The notes under the pieces were generated by a model. The model was not told the origin of the DNA. It was given only the letters and a program-made list of their open reading frames with translations, and ran no database searches. Both the position numbers and the translations under genes were made by a program. This document shows, in pieces, positions 37,560 through 50,300 of a stretch of DNA of 64,000 bases; the first letter of the stretch is position 1, and every line of letters begins with the position of its first letter. The DNA is taken from contig NC_082715.1 of assembly GCF_030144855.1 (NCBI RefSeq), positions 106,268,001 to 106,332,000 on the forward strand, read 5' to 3'. The DNA is from Hypanus sabinus. Lineage: Eukaryota.

Positions 37560-40500
37560 TGCTGGATCTGACTGTTTAACTGTCATTTTCTTTGCAGTTC
37601 AATGATTAATTATCTGCTTGTAGTTTAAGTAGTCTTTATATGCATCATGGTTTAATATGCCTCTAACGGAAATATAATTTTGGAAGCTTCTTTGTACCGC
37701 ATTAGTGAATAAATATTTTTTCTCACTGGTCAATTTTTACTGCAGTATTGACAAAGTGTTTTCTAACTGATTAATTTTTATCTATAAATTAAAATGAAGT
37801 TTTTCTTATCTCTATGGGTATAAAATAACTAAGCATAAAGTCATGTCATCTTAATCTTCTTAGTCTCTTGTCTATAAGCCTTCTGCCCGTTTCCTTTGCT
37901 CTATCAACTCTTAATAAAATGATTGTGAAGCAACAAGTTTTATGCCTCGTTCTTATCTTCTAAAAGAACCTTGGATTTAAACATCAAAATCCATCAAGTG
38001 GTGCAGTTGGCAAAGATATTATGAAGTTTAGAATTTGTTGCAATTGAAAACAAAGGAATGATTTTTTAACATGCAACAAAATGGATAAGAGCTTCCTTTG
38101 TTGTCTGAAAGAAAAGTTCTAGTATGTGCTGGCTTTGAATACTGGATGGAAATCAGGATTGTGGACTGCTGTGAGCCTCTTTAAAAAGGAAAACAGCTTT
38201 GAAAATATTGGTTAAAATCTATTTAGTCCTAACCTATTTGGTTACAATCTAGGTTGGTTGCACAGTGATCTATTTTAGTACCTAGTGAAAATAGTGGTTG
38301 TACAATCTATTTGTTTGTGATCTATTTGGTTGCAATCTGTTTGGTTGGTGGATCAACCTATTTGGTATTTGGTTACAATCTATTAATATTTTGATGATCC
38401 TGTGACTCATAATGAAGAACAACTGAAGAGGTGTTTGGACCTTTAAAGGTGACATTGTATACTGCACCTATATTAGGAATCCCCAGTAAGGGTAGACCAG
38501 TTACTCTGTATGTCACTGAGAAACATGGCTCTAGAACATGGAGACTTACCATATTCTGTTTGTTGTTACTCTGCTAAATTAGATCATGTAGCATTAGGAT
38601 GGGGCCGTGTTTACAAGCAGTGCAGGCAACCTATCTGGCAGTCATGGCTGAATCTGGTTTTAAATGTTCAATGTCTGCACACTTTACTGACTATGAATAG
38701 AGCCTCCCAAGTAATTGCTGCTCGGTTGTCCAAGTGGTCTACTGTCCCTGAGGCACCTAATATCATTGTTCAATGGTGAGCCCATCGAATCCAGTTACAC
38801 TGTTACTGTCAGACCTGGAAGACTACAATGATCAAGACTGAGCTAGTACAATAATATTCCGAGGAGATGCCTTTATCGAACCTGAAACTGCTCCTCAATG
38901 ATTGATGGGCAGTTGTTTCTGAAATTAAAGTGCTGGCATCAGGAAGCATGGCTCCTGGTGTCAGCACAACAGACAGAGCTAAAAGCTTTCATTGAAGCCT
39001 GTAAGTTGGCAGAAGGAAGACTAATATCTACACTGATCTTGATATGCTTTTGAAGTTGTTCATGATTTTGGAAATGTATGGAAACAAATAGGATTTCTTC
39101 TGGCTTTAGGGACCACAAACAAGAATGACCAACTAGTACAAGAACTTATGGATGTCATACAACTGCTGTCAGATGTTGCCGTATTGAAATGCAAAAAGTC
39201 ACTCCAAAATTACCACGATGGGAAGCCGTGGAACTGCATTTGTGAATGAATTGCAAAAACGGCAGCAAGTGAAGAAGTAAAAGAAATGAAATAAAGTACC
39301 AAGAACATATGCAGTGAATCCAATGACTGGAATTATGGAAACAAAGTTGAACTCCATCACAGATGAACATACAAGATTTTCTGGCACAGTAAATACACTC
39401 TATTGCACACATCAGAGTACAAAAGATTAACAACAGATGCTCTCAGTGGTGGTGGAATCCAAAGTTCAGGATACAAGCTCAAGAAACATTTGAAAGATGC
39501 ATGATATACCAGAAAACAAATCCTGGAACAGCAGAAAAACTACCACAATTGCTCTTGCAATTTGTGGAAAAGCTCCTGCCCCACCTGGTCCAATTTTACA
39601 CTTACAAAAGGGCTACATTTCTTTGTCAAGGATACTTAGACATACTAGTAATTGTGGACAAGTTTTCAAAGTGGGTGGAAGCTATTCCAACAAGGAAAGC
39701 CACCGTCACACTCACAGCAAAAGCTCTGATCAAGGACTATATTCTTAGATGGGAATTGTCATCACATTTGCTCTGACCAAGGGATGTACTGCAACGGGAG
39801 AATTTGTCAGAAATTACCATGACTGATGATCTTTCTATTGTTCACACCACCCAAAGATATCATAACAAGTCGAACAACTGAATGGAACTAACAAAGAATG
39901 ACTGACTGACTGTGTATCATGAGGAAGATGTACCGCAGCTTACAGCTCCTTCTACGTCGCATCAGAGCAACCCCAAAAAAGGAAACTAAAAGTCCACTTG
40001 AGGTGGGTACAGGATGTCCTATGTCACAGAGGGAGCCCCTGATCTCCGAGTGGCTAATATACACATTATGGCTGAGTTAACTATTTGAGTTAACTATAAT
40101 AGTTGAGTTAACTATTGTGTGAATTTAACCCCAGCTGTCCAGTCTGCTTCTCAACAGATCTCTGCAGCTTGGAAAGACACAACAGAAGGAGGACACACCT
40201 TGATTTCTGGTGAGTGGGTCCTGATTAGGGAACCACTGGGAGCTGGATGGAAAGGTCCTTCTCAAGTGCTGTTAATTACCAACTCGGGGGTGAATGTAGA
40301 AGGCAGGTGGATACAAGCCAGTCCCTGCAAGCGAGCTAAAGTGATATCCAACCATAATGTTGTGGTTCATGTGCTAGTAACCTCTTGGTTACTACAAGGC
40401 TGGGCTGGAGTGAGCAAATCACCAACCAGCCAGAAGACTTCAAGCAAGTTGACAACTACTGGACATTATGAAGTTTATTCTAATATTATTAGTTGTTTTT

Positions 40501-40575
40501 TAGCAATTTTCCCGACTCATAAAGTATATTTGTACTATTAATGATCAGAAATATTACTATTTAATAAAGTTCCTG
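37560..40575 (+). mobile_element. Degenerate endogenous retrovirus (class I, gamma/epsilon-like): putative 5' LTR, PBS and RNaseH-integrase remnants
   Basis: AATAAA ~37914; PBS-like TGGTGCAGTTGGCA ~37999; RNaseH-like ELKAFIEACKLAEG..NIYTD, VVHDFGNVWKQIGFL; integrase LVIVDKFSKWVEAIPT...DQG; GPY/F-like WKGPSQVLLIT...WIQASPCK. Confidence 0.75.
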
Positions 40576-40779
40576 TCAAATAATAATAGTTATAAGTTAA
40601 TGGTACAATATCCATTTTACGTGTGGAAATGGTTAGGATTTTATTACTTAGGGTATGTTTTTCCTGCCGTGAGACGCACATCTTATCTTTACCTCCCGAG
40701 TCTGGACACTTCCCCAGAAACTGTGCATACCCTGTACTCACACTGTATCTGTGTTAGAGTCTGGGATCGTGACTGGACT

Positions 40780-41315
40780 AATTTAAGGTCTGGAGCTAAA
40801 AAGAGTAGAGCATCTCCGGGAGTGTTTAGACGGGGTTCAAGCGGGCAACCCGGGACTGCGTTTAGACTGGGTCCCCCTGTCCAAGGTCCTCAGGTGTGTA
40901 GACTGGATAAGGGATCCGGGGCTTCGGGTCTGAACCGGTCAAGGGAGCGTCAGTGGGTTGATTGGCCGCAGCTTCTCCCTACGGGTCTCCATTAAGAGGC
41001 GCTGCGCTATCGGCGTGGGGGCTGGTTGAGAGAGAGCGAGGGAAGGGGCGGAGACTGGGGTCCTAAGTCTGCCGGCAGTGCCTTCCCTACGAGTTTGCGG
41101 TGGTCGGCCTCTAACAGCGGAATGGCGCAGCGTGAGTCCGGGAGTGGGGGTCCGGGAGAGAGTGGACAAGTTACCCGTGGTGGGACCAAGGCGGTGGTGT
41201 CGGGGGTGGGTGAAAAATCGCCGTACCCAGGCTTCTCCCTTCACCACGATCTGCCTCACCAAGCGACTCCCTGATGGCGGGGGTCGCAGCAAGGGGTGCG
41301 TGACTCCGAGGTGGG
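40780..41315 (+). promoter_or_regulatory. CpG-rich island, candidate promoter and 5' exon(s) of the calpain gene
   Basis: Abrupt CpG enrichment, GC box GGGGCGGAG ~41044, inverted CCAAT (ATTGG) ~40961, donors at 41131|gtgagt and 41310|gtggga; the calpain first coding exon has a splice acceptor and needs an upstream exon. Confidence 0.5.
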
Positions 41316-41317
41316 AA

Positions 41318-41653
41318 GGGGAGAGGCGGCTGGGTAGGGGAAGGGGAGAGACGGCTGGGTAGGGGAAGGGGAGAGGCGGCTGGGTAGGGGAAGGGGAGAG
41401 GCGGCTGGGTAGGGGAAGGGGAGAGACGGCTGGGTAGGGGAAGGGGAGAGACGGCTGGGTAGGGGAAGGGGAGAGGCGGCTGGGTAGGGGAAGGGGAGAG
41501 GCGGCTGGGTAGGGGAAGGGGAGAGGCGGCTGGGTAGGGGAAGGGGAGAGGCGGCTGGGTAGGGGAAGGGGAGAGGCGGCTGGGTAGGGGAAGGGGAGAG
41601 GCGGCTGGGTAGGGGAAGGGGAGAGGCGGCTGGGTAGGGGAAGGGGAGAGACG
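41318..41653 (+). repeat. 25-bp G-rich minisatellite, ~13 copies
   Basis: Unit GAGAG(G/A)CGGCTGGGTAGGGGAAGGG, near-identical copies. Confidence 0.95.
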
Positions 41654-41749
41654 GCACGGTTGAAGGTTCGGAAGCGACAGCAACAACTGGCTGAGTAACA
41701 GAACAGGTGGGAGGGGGAGGGTGGAGTGGAATAGATTACTCCCCATCTG

Positions 41750-42160
41750 GTTCGCACCCCCCCATACTCCCTACCACACACCTCCCCCCTCAGACCCTCA
41801 TACCCCTCCAGCACTACCCGCCTCCCACACCCCCTCTCTCACACTCTTACACCCCTCATCCCCACAACCCCCTCCTCACACACCCCCCACAACCCCCTCC
41901 TCACACACCCCCACAACCCCCTTCTCACATACCCCCTTTATAAACCCCTCCAACAAGCCCCCCCCTCACACACCTTCCTCTCACCCACCACTTTCATACA
42001 GCCCTCTCTCACCCACCCCTCTTACACTCTCCTTCTCACCCACAACCCCCTCACATATCCTCACGCACACCCTGTCACCAGTTCCCCTCTCACCTACCCC
42101 ACACTCCTCTCTGACGCCACTACCCACAAACCCCCTCACAAATCATGCCCTCCCCGCTCT
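41750..42160 (+). repeat. C/A-rich low-complexity tract
   Basis: CCCCTCCTCACACACCCC-type degenerate repeats. Confidence 0.8.
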
Positions 42161-42639
42161 CATCTTCGAAGCTGTCCCTCCCCATCAAGAGTTAACAGGA
42201 GGCCAGACGCAGGCCAGGCCTGGAGTCTGCCAGGTTCTCCGCCCACCCTCTCCGCAGGCAAGCAGAAGCTCACAGGGTCTGATCTGTGCCGAGGAGGTAG
42301 GGCGGCGCCCCAGCCCCGTCTCGGGAATGCGGTGGGAGAGGGGGCTTGCGGAGGGAGGGCAGGGCCCTGGAGGATCGGGAGGTAGAGAGTCTGTGGCTGG
42401 TGGGGAGAGAAATCTGTGCCAGAGACTGGGCAGGGTGGGGCTCGTGGTGAACTAACTCCTCTGGCAGTGGATGGGTGGGGAAGTATCTGTTCCTGTGACA
42501 ATCCCCGTTCACTCAACCCGTGCGTGGAGTGGGCAAAAAGGGGATAGGTAGGTGGTAGAGAATGGGGGGAGGGTCGAGGTGCTGGGATGGGAAAGGAAGT
42601 GAAGAGGAGGGCAGAGATGAGGATGGGAATGAGGAGGTA

Positions 42640-45600
42640 ACGGGGAGGGAAATGGGGACGGGGAGGGGGAGGCAGAGAGGGCGGGAGTAGGGGACGGGGA
42701 GGCAGAGGGGGAGGGAGAAGGGGAAGGGGAGGCAGAGGGGGAGGGAGAAGGGGACGGGGAGGCAGGGGGGAGGGAGAAGGGGACGGGGAGGCAGAGGGGG
42801 AGGGAGAAGGGGACGGGGAGGCAGAGGGGGAGGGAGAAGGGGACGGGGAGGCAGAGGGGGAGGGAGAAGGGGACGGGGAGGCAGAGGGGGCTGGAGAAGG
42901 GGACGGGGAGGCAGAGAGGGCGGGAGAAGGGGACGGGGAGGCAGAGAGGGCGGGAGAAGGGGACAGGGAGGCAGAGGAGGAGGGAGATGGGGAGGGGGGA
43001 GGCAGAGAGGGCGGGAGAAGGGGACGGAGAGGCAGAGGGGGAGGGAGATGGGGAGGGGGAGGCAGAGGGGGAGGGAGATGGGGACAGAGAGGCAGAGGGG
43101 GCTGCAGATGGGGACGGAGAGGCAGAGGGGGCGGGAGATGGGGACAGAGAGGCAGAGGGGGCGGGAGAAGGGGACGGGGAGGCAGAGGGGGCGGGAGAAG
43201 GGGACGGGGAGGCTGAGAGGGCGGGAGAAGGGGACGGGGAGGCAGAGGGGGCTGGAGAAGGGGACGGGGAGGCGGAGGGGGCTGGAGATGGGGACGGAGA
43301 GGCAGAGGGGGCGGGAGAAGGGGACGGGGAGGCAGAGAGGGAGGGAGATGGGGACGGAGAGGCAGAGGGGGAGGGAGATGGGGACAGAGAGGCAGAGGGG
43401 GCTGATGGGGACGGAGAGGCAGAGGGGGCGGGAGAAGGGGATGGGGAGGCAGAGAGGGTGGGAGAAGGGGACGGGGAGGCAGAGGGGGCTGGAGAAGGGG
43501 ACGGGGAGGCAGAGGGGGCGGGAGAAGGGGATGGGGAGGCAGAGGGGGCGGGAGAAGGGGACGGGGAGGCGAAGGGGACGGGGAGGTGGAGGGGGCGGGA
43601 GAAGTGGACGGGGAGGCGGAGGGGGCGGGAGAAGGGGACGGGGAGGCGGAGGGGGCGGGAGAAGTGGACGGGGAGGCGGAGGGGGTTGGAGATGGGGACG
43701 GGGAGGCAGAGGGGGAGGGAGATGGGGATGGGGAGGGGGAGGCAGAGAGAGCGGGAGAAGGGGACGGGGAGGCAGAGAGGGCGGGAGAAGGGGACAGGGA
43801 GGCAGAGGGGGAGGGGGAGGCAGAGAGGGAGGGAGAAGGGGACGGAGAGGCAGACGGGGAGGGAGAGGGGGCTGGAGAAGGGGACGGGGAGGAAGAGGGG
43901 GAGGGAGATAGGGGGAAGGAGATGGGGAGGGGGAGGCAGAGAGGGAGGGAGAAGGGGACGGGGAGGGAGAAGGGGAGGGGGAGGCAGAGAAGGAGGGAGA
44001 TGGGGACGGGGAGGCAGAGAGGGCGGGAGAAGGGGACAGGGAGGCAGAGAGGGCTGGAGAAGGGGACGGAGAGGCAGAGGGGGCTGGAGATGGGGACGGG
44101 GAGGCAGAGGGGGAGGGAGAAGGGGACGGGGAGGCAGAGGGGGAGGGAGAAGGGGACGGGGAGGGGGAGGGGGAGGCAGAGAGGGACGGAGAGGCAGAGA
44201 GGGTGGGAGAAGGGGACGGGGAGGCAGAGAGGGCGGGAGAAGGGGATGGGGAGGCAGAGAGGGCGGGAGAAGGGGATGGGGAGGCAGAGAGGGCGGGAGA
44301 AAGGGACGGAGAGGCAGAGGGGGCTGGAGATGGGGACGCAGAGGCAGAGGGGGAGGGAGATGGGGACGGAGAGGCAGAGGGGGCGGGAGGAGGGGACGGG
44401 GAGGCAGAGGGGGCGGGAGGAGGGGACGGGAGAAGAGGACGGGGAGGCAGGGGGGAGGGAGAAGGGGACGGAGAGGCAGAGAGGGAGGGAGAAGGGGACG
44501 GGGAGGCAGAGAGGGTGGGAGAAGGGGACGGGGAGGCAGAGAGGGTGGGAGAAGGGGACGGGGAGGCAGAGGGGGAGGGAGAAGGGGATGGCGAGGCAGA
44601 GGGGGAGGGAGAAGGGGACGGGGAGGCAGGGGGGAGGGAGAAGCGGACGGGGAGGCAGAGGGGGAGGGAAATGGGGAGGGGGAGGGGGAGGCAGAGAGGG
44701 AGGGAGAGAGGGCGGGAGAAGGGGACGGGGAGGCAGGGAGGAGGGAGAAGGGGACGGGGAGGCAGAGGGGGAGGGAGAAGGGGACGGGGAGGCAGAGGGG
44801 GCGGGAGAAGGGGAGGCGGAGGGGGCGGGAGAAGGGGACGGGGAGGCGGAGGGGGCGGGAGAAGGGGACGGGGAGGCGGAGGGGGCGGGAGAAGGGGACG
44901 GGGAGGCGGAGGGGGCGGGAGAAGTGGACGGGGAGGCGGAGGGGGTTGGAGATGGGGACGGGGAGGCAGAGGGGGAGGGAGATGGGGATGGGGAGGGGGA
45001 GGCAGAGAGAGCGGGAGAAGGGGACGGGGAGGCAGAGGGGGCTGGAGAAGGGGACGGGGAGGCAGAGGGGGCGGGAGAAGGGGACGGGGAGGCGGAGGGG
45101 GCGGGAGAAGGGGACGGGGAGGCGGAGGGGGCGGGAGAAGGGGACGGGGAGGCGGAGGGGGCGGGAGAAGGGGACGGGGAGGCGGAGGGGGCGGGAGAAG
45201 GGGACGGGGAGGCGGAGGGGGCGGGAGAAGGGGACGGGGAGGCGGAGGGGGCGGGAGAAGTGGACGGGGAGGCGGAGGGGGCTGGAGATGGGGACGGGGA
45301 GGCAGAGGGGGAGGGAGATGGGGATGGGGAGGGGGAGGCAGAGAGAGCGGGAGAAGGGGACGGGGAGGCAGAGAGGGCGGGAGAAGGGGACAGGGAGGCA
45401 GAGGGGGAGGGGGAGGCAGAGAGGGAGGGAGAAGGGGACGGAGAGGCAGACGGGGAGGGAGGGGGGGCTGGAGAAGGGGACGGGGAGGCAGAGGGGGAGG
45501 GAGATAGGGGGAAGGAGATGGGGAGGGGGAGGCAGAGAGGGAGGGAGAAGGGGACGGGGAGGGAGAAGGGGAGGGGGAGGCAGAGAAGATGGGGACGGGG

Positions 45601-46580
45601 AGGCAGAGAGGGCGGGAGAAGGGGACGGGGAGGCAGAGAGGGCTGGAGAAGGGGACGGAGAGGCAGAGGGGGCTGGAGATGGGGACGGGGAGGCAGAGGG
45701 GGAGGGAGATGGGGACGGGGAGGCAGCAGGGACGGGAGAAGGGGACGGGGAGGCAGGGGGGAGGGAGAAGGGGATGGAGAGGGTGGGAGAAGGGGGCGGG
45801 GAGGCAGAGAGGGTGGGAGAAGGGGACGGGGAGGCAGAGAGGGTGGGAGAAGGGGACGGGGAGGCAGAGGGGGAGGGAGAAGGGGATGGCGAGGCAGAGG
45901 GGGAGGGAGAAGGGGACGGGGAGGCAGGAGGGAGGGAGAAGCGGACGGGGAGGGAAATGGGGAGGGGGAGGGGGAGGCAGAGGGGGAGGCAGAGAGGGAG
46001 GGAGAGAGGGCGGGAGAAGGGGACGGGGAGGCAGGGAGGAGGGAGAAGGGGACGGGGAGGCAGAGTGGGAGGGAGATGGGGACGGGGAGGCGGAGGGGGA
46101 GGCAGAGAGGGAGGGAGATGGGGACGGAGAGGGCGGGAGAAGGGGACGGGGAGGCAGAGGGGGAGGGAGAAGGGGACGGGGAGGCAGAGGGGGAGGGAGA
46201 AGGGGACGGGGAGGCAGAGGGGGAGGGGGAGGCAGAGAAGGAGGGAGATGGGGACGGGAAGGCAGAGGGGGCTGGAGATGGGGACGGAGAGGCAGAGGGG
46301 GCTGGAGATGGGGACGGGGAGGCAGAGGGGACGGGGAGGCAGAGGGGGAGGGAGAAGGGGACGGGGAGGCAGGGAGAAGGGAGAAGGGGACGGGGTGGGG
46401 GAGGGTGAGGCAGAGAGGGAGGGAGATGGGGACGGGGAGGCAGAGGGGGCTGGAGAAGGGGACGGGGAGGGAGAGGGGGCTGGAGAAGGGGACGGGGAGG
46501 CAGAGGGGGCGGGAGAAGGGGACGGGGAGGCAGAGGGGGCGGTAGAAGGGGGCGGGAGAAGGGGACGGGGAGGCAGAGAA
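42640..46580 (+). repeat. ~3.9-kb G-rich 30-bp minisatellite with higher-order duplications
   Basis: Unit GGGAGAAGGGGACGGGGAGGCAGAGGGGG(A/C); almost T-free on the plus strand; produces spurious ORFs in several frames. Confidence 0.95.
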
Positions 46581-47062
46581 AGAGAAGAGGGATAGGATTT
46601 GGGGGTGGGTTCAATAGAAAAGGGATGAGAAGGCTGGGTGAAGATTGTGTTCACCAAAGACATTCTATGCTATCCTGTATCCGTGCGGGGTGTGTTCCAC
46701 AGTTCCCCTGGGAGCTCTGACTGCATACATGGATGAAAAGGGTTTATTCTGGAATTGGGAGGGTCTGTGGGGTCGGACTGTGGTTGGGAGGGGTCAGGGC
46801 TCAGTCCCGGTCCAGACCAGAGTCGGGAGGGGTCAGGGCTCAGACCAGGGTTATCAGTGTTCAGTGGTTAGCTGTCATACTGACACTAATGGTCGCTGAG
46901 ACTTGGGGCTGTGTCTAGTTGACTGCCCATTTTGGCTACAACTTCCCCCAACCCCTCTCTCTGATCTTTGATTCTGGTCACTTGTTCTCTGACCCAGGTG
47001 CCCCGTGACCTCAGTTAGTCACCCTCTGATTTGTTACCCCTCCCCTCAGGCTGAGCTGCGCC

Positions 47063-47302
47063 ATGTTTCTGGGTGTGTCAGGCCGGATACAGCAGGAGCG
47101 ACTGAAGCAGCAGGGGATGGGCACCAACGAGCAGGCGGTGCACTTCCTGCACCAGGACTACCAGCAGCTGAAGGAGCAGTGCCAGGAGGAGGGGGCTCTC
47201 TTCCAGGATAGCCAGTTCCCTGCCGCCCCCACCTCCATTGGTTACAAGGAACTGGGCCCACACTCCTCCAAGACCCGGAATATTGAATGGAAGAGGCCAA
47301 CG
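47063..47302 (+). CDS. Calpain first coding exon (anchor helix and start of CysPc)
   Basis: Acceptor cccctcag|47050, gccATG at 47063, 80 codons to ACG|gtgagg. Confidence 0.94.
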
Positions 47303-50300
47303 GTGAGGAGAGCACTACCCCCACAGTCCCATTACCCTCAGTCACCTGTCACCCTATGATCTCATCTGCCATCCCCCCCCCCCCATCCTGTAACCGCACG
47401 AAGCTGTCATCAAATGATCCAGTCAGCCCACCATCTGGGGCCCTCATCACCCTCAGTCACCTGTCACCCTCTGATTCCGACTCCCCACGAAACTGTCAGC
47501 CCCAGTAACCCATCCTCCCATGATCCTGTCGACCAGTGATCCCATCGCCCCGTGATCCTATCACTCAACACCCAATTATGCCAGTCACCTCTCAATCCCG
47601 TCACCCCAGTCTCTCAGCAACCCCACCCTCCAGTCACCCTCAGTCGTCCAGTGACCCCATAACTCAGTGATCTCATTGCCCCAGTAATCCCACAATCCCA
47701 TCACTCTGCAATACTCTTAATACCCTACAACCCCAAAAATACTCAGTCCTGTGTGCAACCTCATAACCTCAGATATGCCCTGACTGTAGACCATGAACCC
47801 GAAGTCCCATGTCCTTGTGACCCCCCCCCCGTGATCCTACCACAACATCTACAACCCCCCCCCACCCCACCAGAACTTGACTCGCCTTATCCCCATAACT
47901 CCACTACTTTACCCATTTGACCCATCACGCTGTACTTGGCCATATTCCTCTTGGCTCATCCATATACCTGTCCACATTGTAAATGTTTCTAGTCTACCAG
48001 CCTCACCATCTTCCTCTTGTAGCTGGTTTCATAGATCCACCACCAGCTGGTGGATGTTGCCTCTCACTCTATTTTCACCCTATTGCCCCTCATGATTTTA
48101 TACGCTTCTGTGAGATTCCACTTAGGAATGAACAGGCAGCTTGTCCAATCTCAACCTATAACTCAGTCCCCTGAGTCCTGGCAAAATCCTTATGAATCTT
48201 TCTTTGCACCCTTTCCATATCCTTACTATAAAACAATACTCCAAGTGCTGCCCCACCAACATCACAATATACCTCTGCAGCTTCTATATTCAGAGCCCCG
48301 ACTGATGAAGGCCAGGGAGCCAAATGCTTTCTTCAGTGCCTGTCTCCACTTCAAGTGAACTGCACACCAGTACTCCAAGGTCCTGCTGTTTTATAACAGT
48401 ATCCAGGGCCCTTCCGCTCAAGGTGAAAATCTCACCTTGATTTGCCTTTTCAAAATGAAACATTTCTCACTTTTCTAAATTAAGTTCCATTTGTTATTCA
48501 CCAACCCACCTACCCAGCCATTCAAAATCCTGCTGCAATTCTTGCTTTTCCTCTTTACTATCTACATAACCTACATCTACAAACTTAACAAATGCCCCTC
48601 ATGCATTCTCATCCAAAGTGTTTATATAGATGACAAATAACAATGGACCCACTCCGAACCCAGTCAGGGAAGCTTGTTTTGATCATCACCCAGTACGAGC
48701 CCTGTGATTCCTATGTCTACGACAATGACCCTGTTCCCTCTGTGAATCCTGCAACCCCCAGCCACGATAGTCCTCCCCATGACCCCCAGTGACTGTTGAC
48801 CACCTACCACATGACCCTCCTTCAGACTGACCACTTCTGCCTCTCTCTCTCCACAGGAGCTGGTGGCAAACCCAGAGTTCATTGTGGGAGGAGCGTCACG
48901 GACTGATGTGTGTCAGGGAGCCCTGGGTGAGTCATACAACATGGAACGCTGAACTGTGTGACTCAGGGACAGGTCACTAGGCTGATGTAATGCCAAATTA
49001 AACTGAATCTCGTCTGCCTGTACATGATCTATGTTCCTTCATTCCCTGAGCATTCATGTGTCTGACGGTTTCAGCACATCTGCTTCCAACCATTTTGCCC
49101 GTGGCAGCATGTTCCAGGCACCAGCTGTACATCTCCTTTGAACTTATCCCTTCTGACATTAAATGTATGTCTTCTACTATTTGACATTTCTACCCTGAGC
49201 AAAGGGAGTAGAAATGCCCTGTCTACTGACTCTAAAACTTCGTCAGGTCTCCCCTCAGCTTCTCACACTGCAGAGAAGACGATCAAAGTTTGTCTAAACT
49301 CTTCTAGAAGCTGTTTGCCTTGTTGGTTATGTCCGTGTTTCTTGTATTTGTGATTTTAGCTATCTGCTCTGATCTGTACAGCAACTTGGTCAACGTGGGT
49401 TATTTTTAAATGTGCTGTATAAATAAACTTGACCTGACGACTTTCATTTGTATATGATCTATGTTCCACTCCCTGCATATTTGTGTGTCAGAGAGCCTCT
49501 TAAGCACCTTGAAAGCATCTGCTTTTACCACCATCCAAGGCAGCACTTATCAAGCAGCCAGCATTCTCTACGTAGAAGAAACTTGCACTTTCTGCTGCTG
49601 GTCACCGGCCAACACATTACAACCATGGCTTGCCCCTTTTTCAAAACTTGCTTAGAACCACTGTTTGTCTTCAGCTCCACTTACACTGTGTCTACAGGTG
49701 CTTCTGAAATAACCTCTTCCCTACCTGCGAGTGTGTGATGGGACAGTGCAGAGGGAGCTTCACCCTGTGTCTGACGCTGGGAGTGTGTGATAGGACAGTG
49801 CAGAGGGAGCTTCACCCTGTGTCTGACGCTGGGAGTGTGTGATGGGACAGTGCAGAGGGAGCTTCACCCTGTGTCTGACGCTGGGAGTGTGTGATGGGAC
49901 AGTGCAGAGGGAGCTTCACCCTGTGTCTGACGCTGGGAGTGTGTGATGGGACAGTGCAGAGGGAGCTTCACCCTGTGTCTGACGCTGGGAGTGTGTGATA
50001 GGACAGTGCAGAGGGAGCTTCACCCTGTGTCTGACCCTGAGAGTGTGTGATAGGACAGTTTAGAGGGAGCTTCACCCTGTGTCTGACGCTGGGAATGTGT
50101 GATGGGACAGTGCAGAGGAAGCTTCACCCTGTGTCTGACCCTGGGAGTGTGTGATAGGACAGTTTAGAGGGAGCTTCACCCTGTGTCTGACCCTGGGAGT
50201 GTGTGATAGGACAGTGCAGAGGAAGCTTCACCCTGTGTCTGACCCTGGGAGTGTGTGATGGGACAGCGCAGAGGGAGCTTCATCATGTGTCTGACCCTGG

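Noticed and set aside
40939-42455. Proline-rich ORFs of 130-290 aa
   Set aside because: Derived from the 25-bp minisatellite and the C-rich low-complexity tract
42160-46663. Very long ORFs (1484, 1384, 1202, 940 aa) rich in Pro/Ser or Gly/Glu/Arg
   Set aside because: Translations of a 30-bp minisatellite whose base skew excludes stop codons; open in multiple frames on both strands, with no domain or splice context
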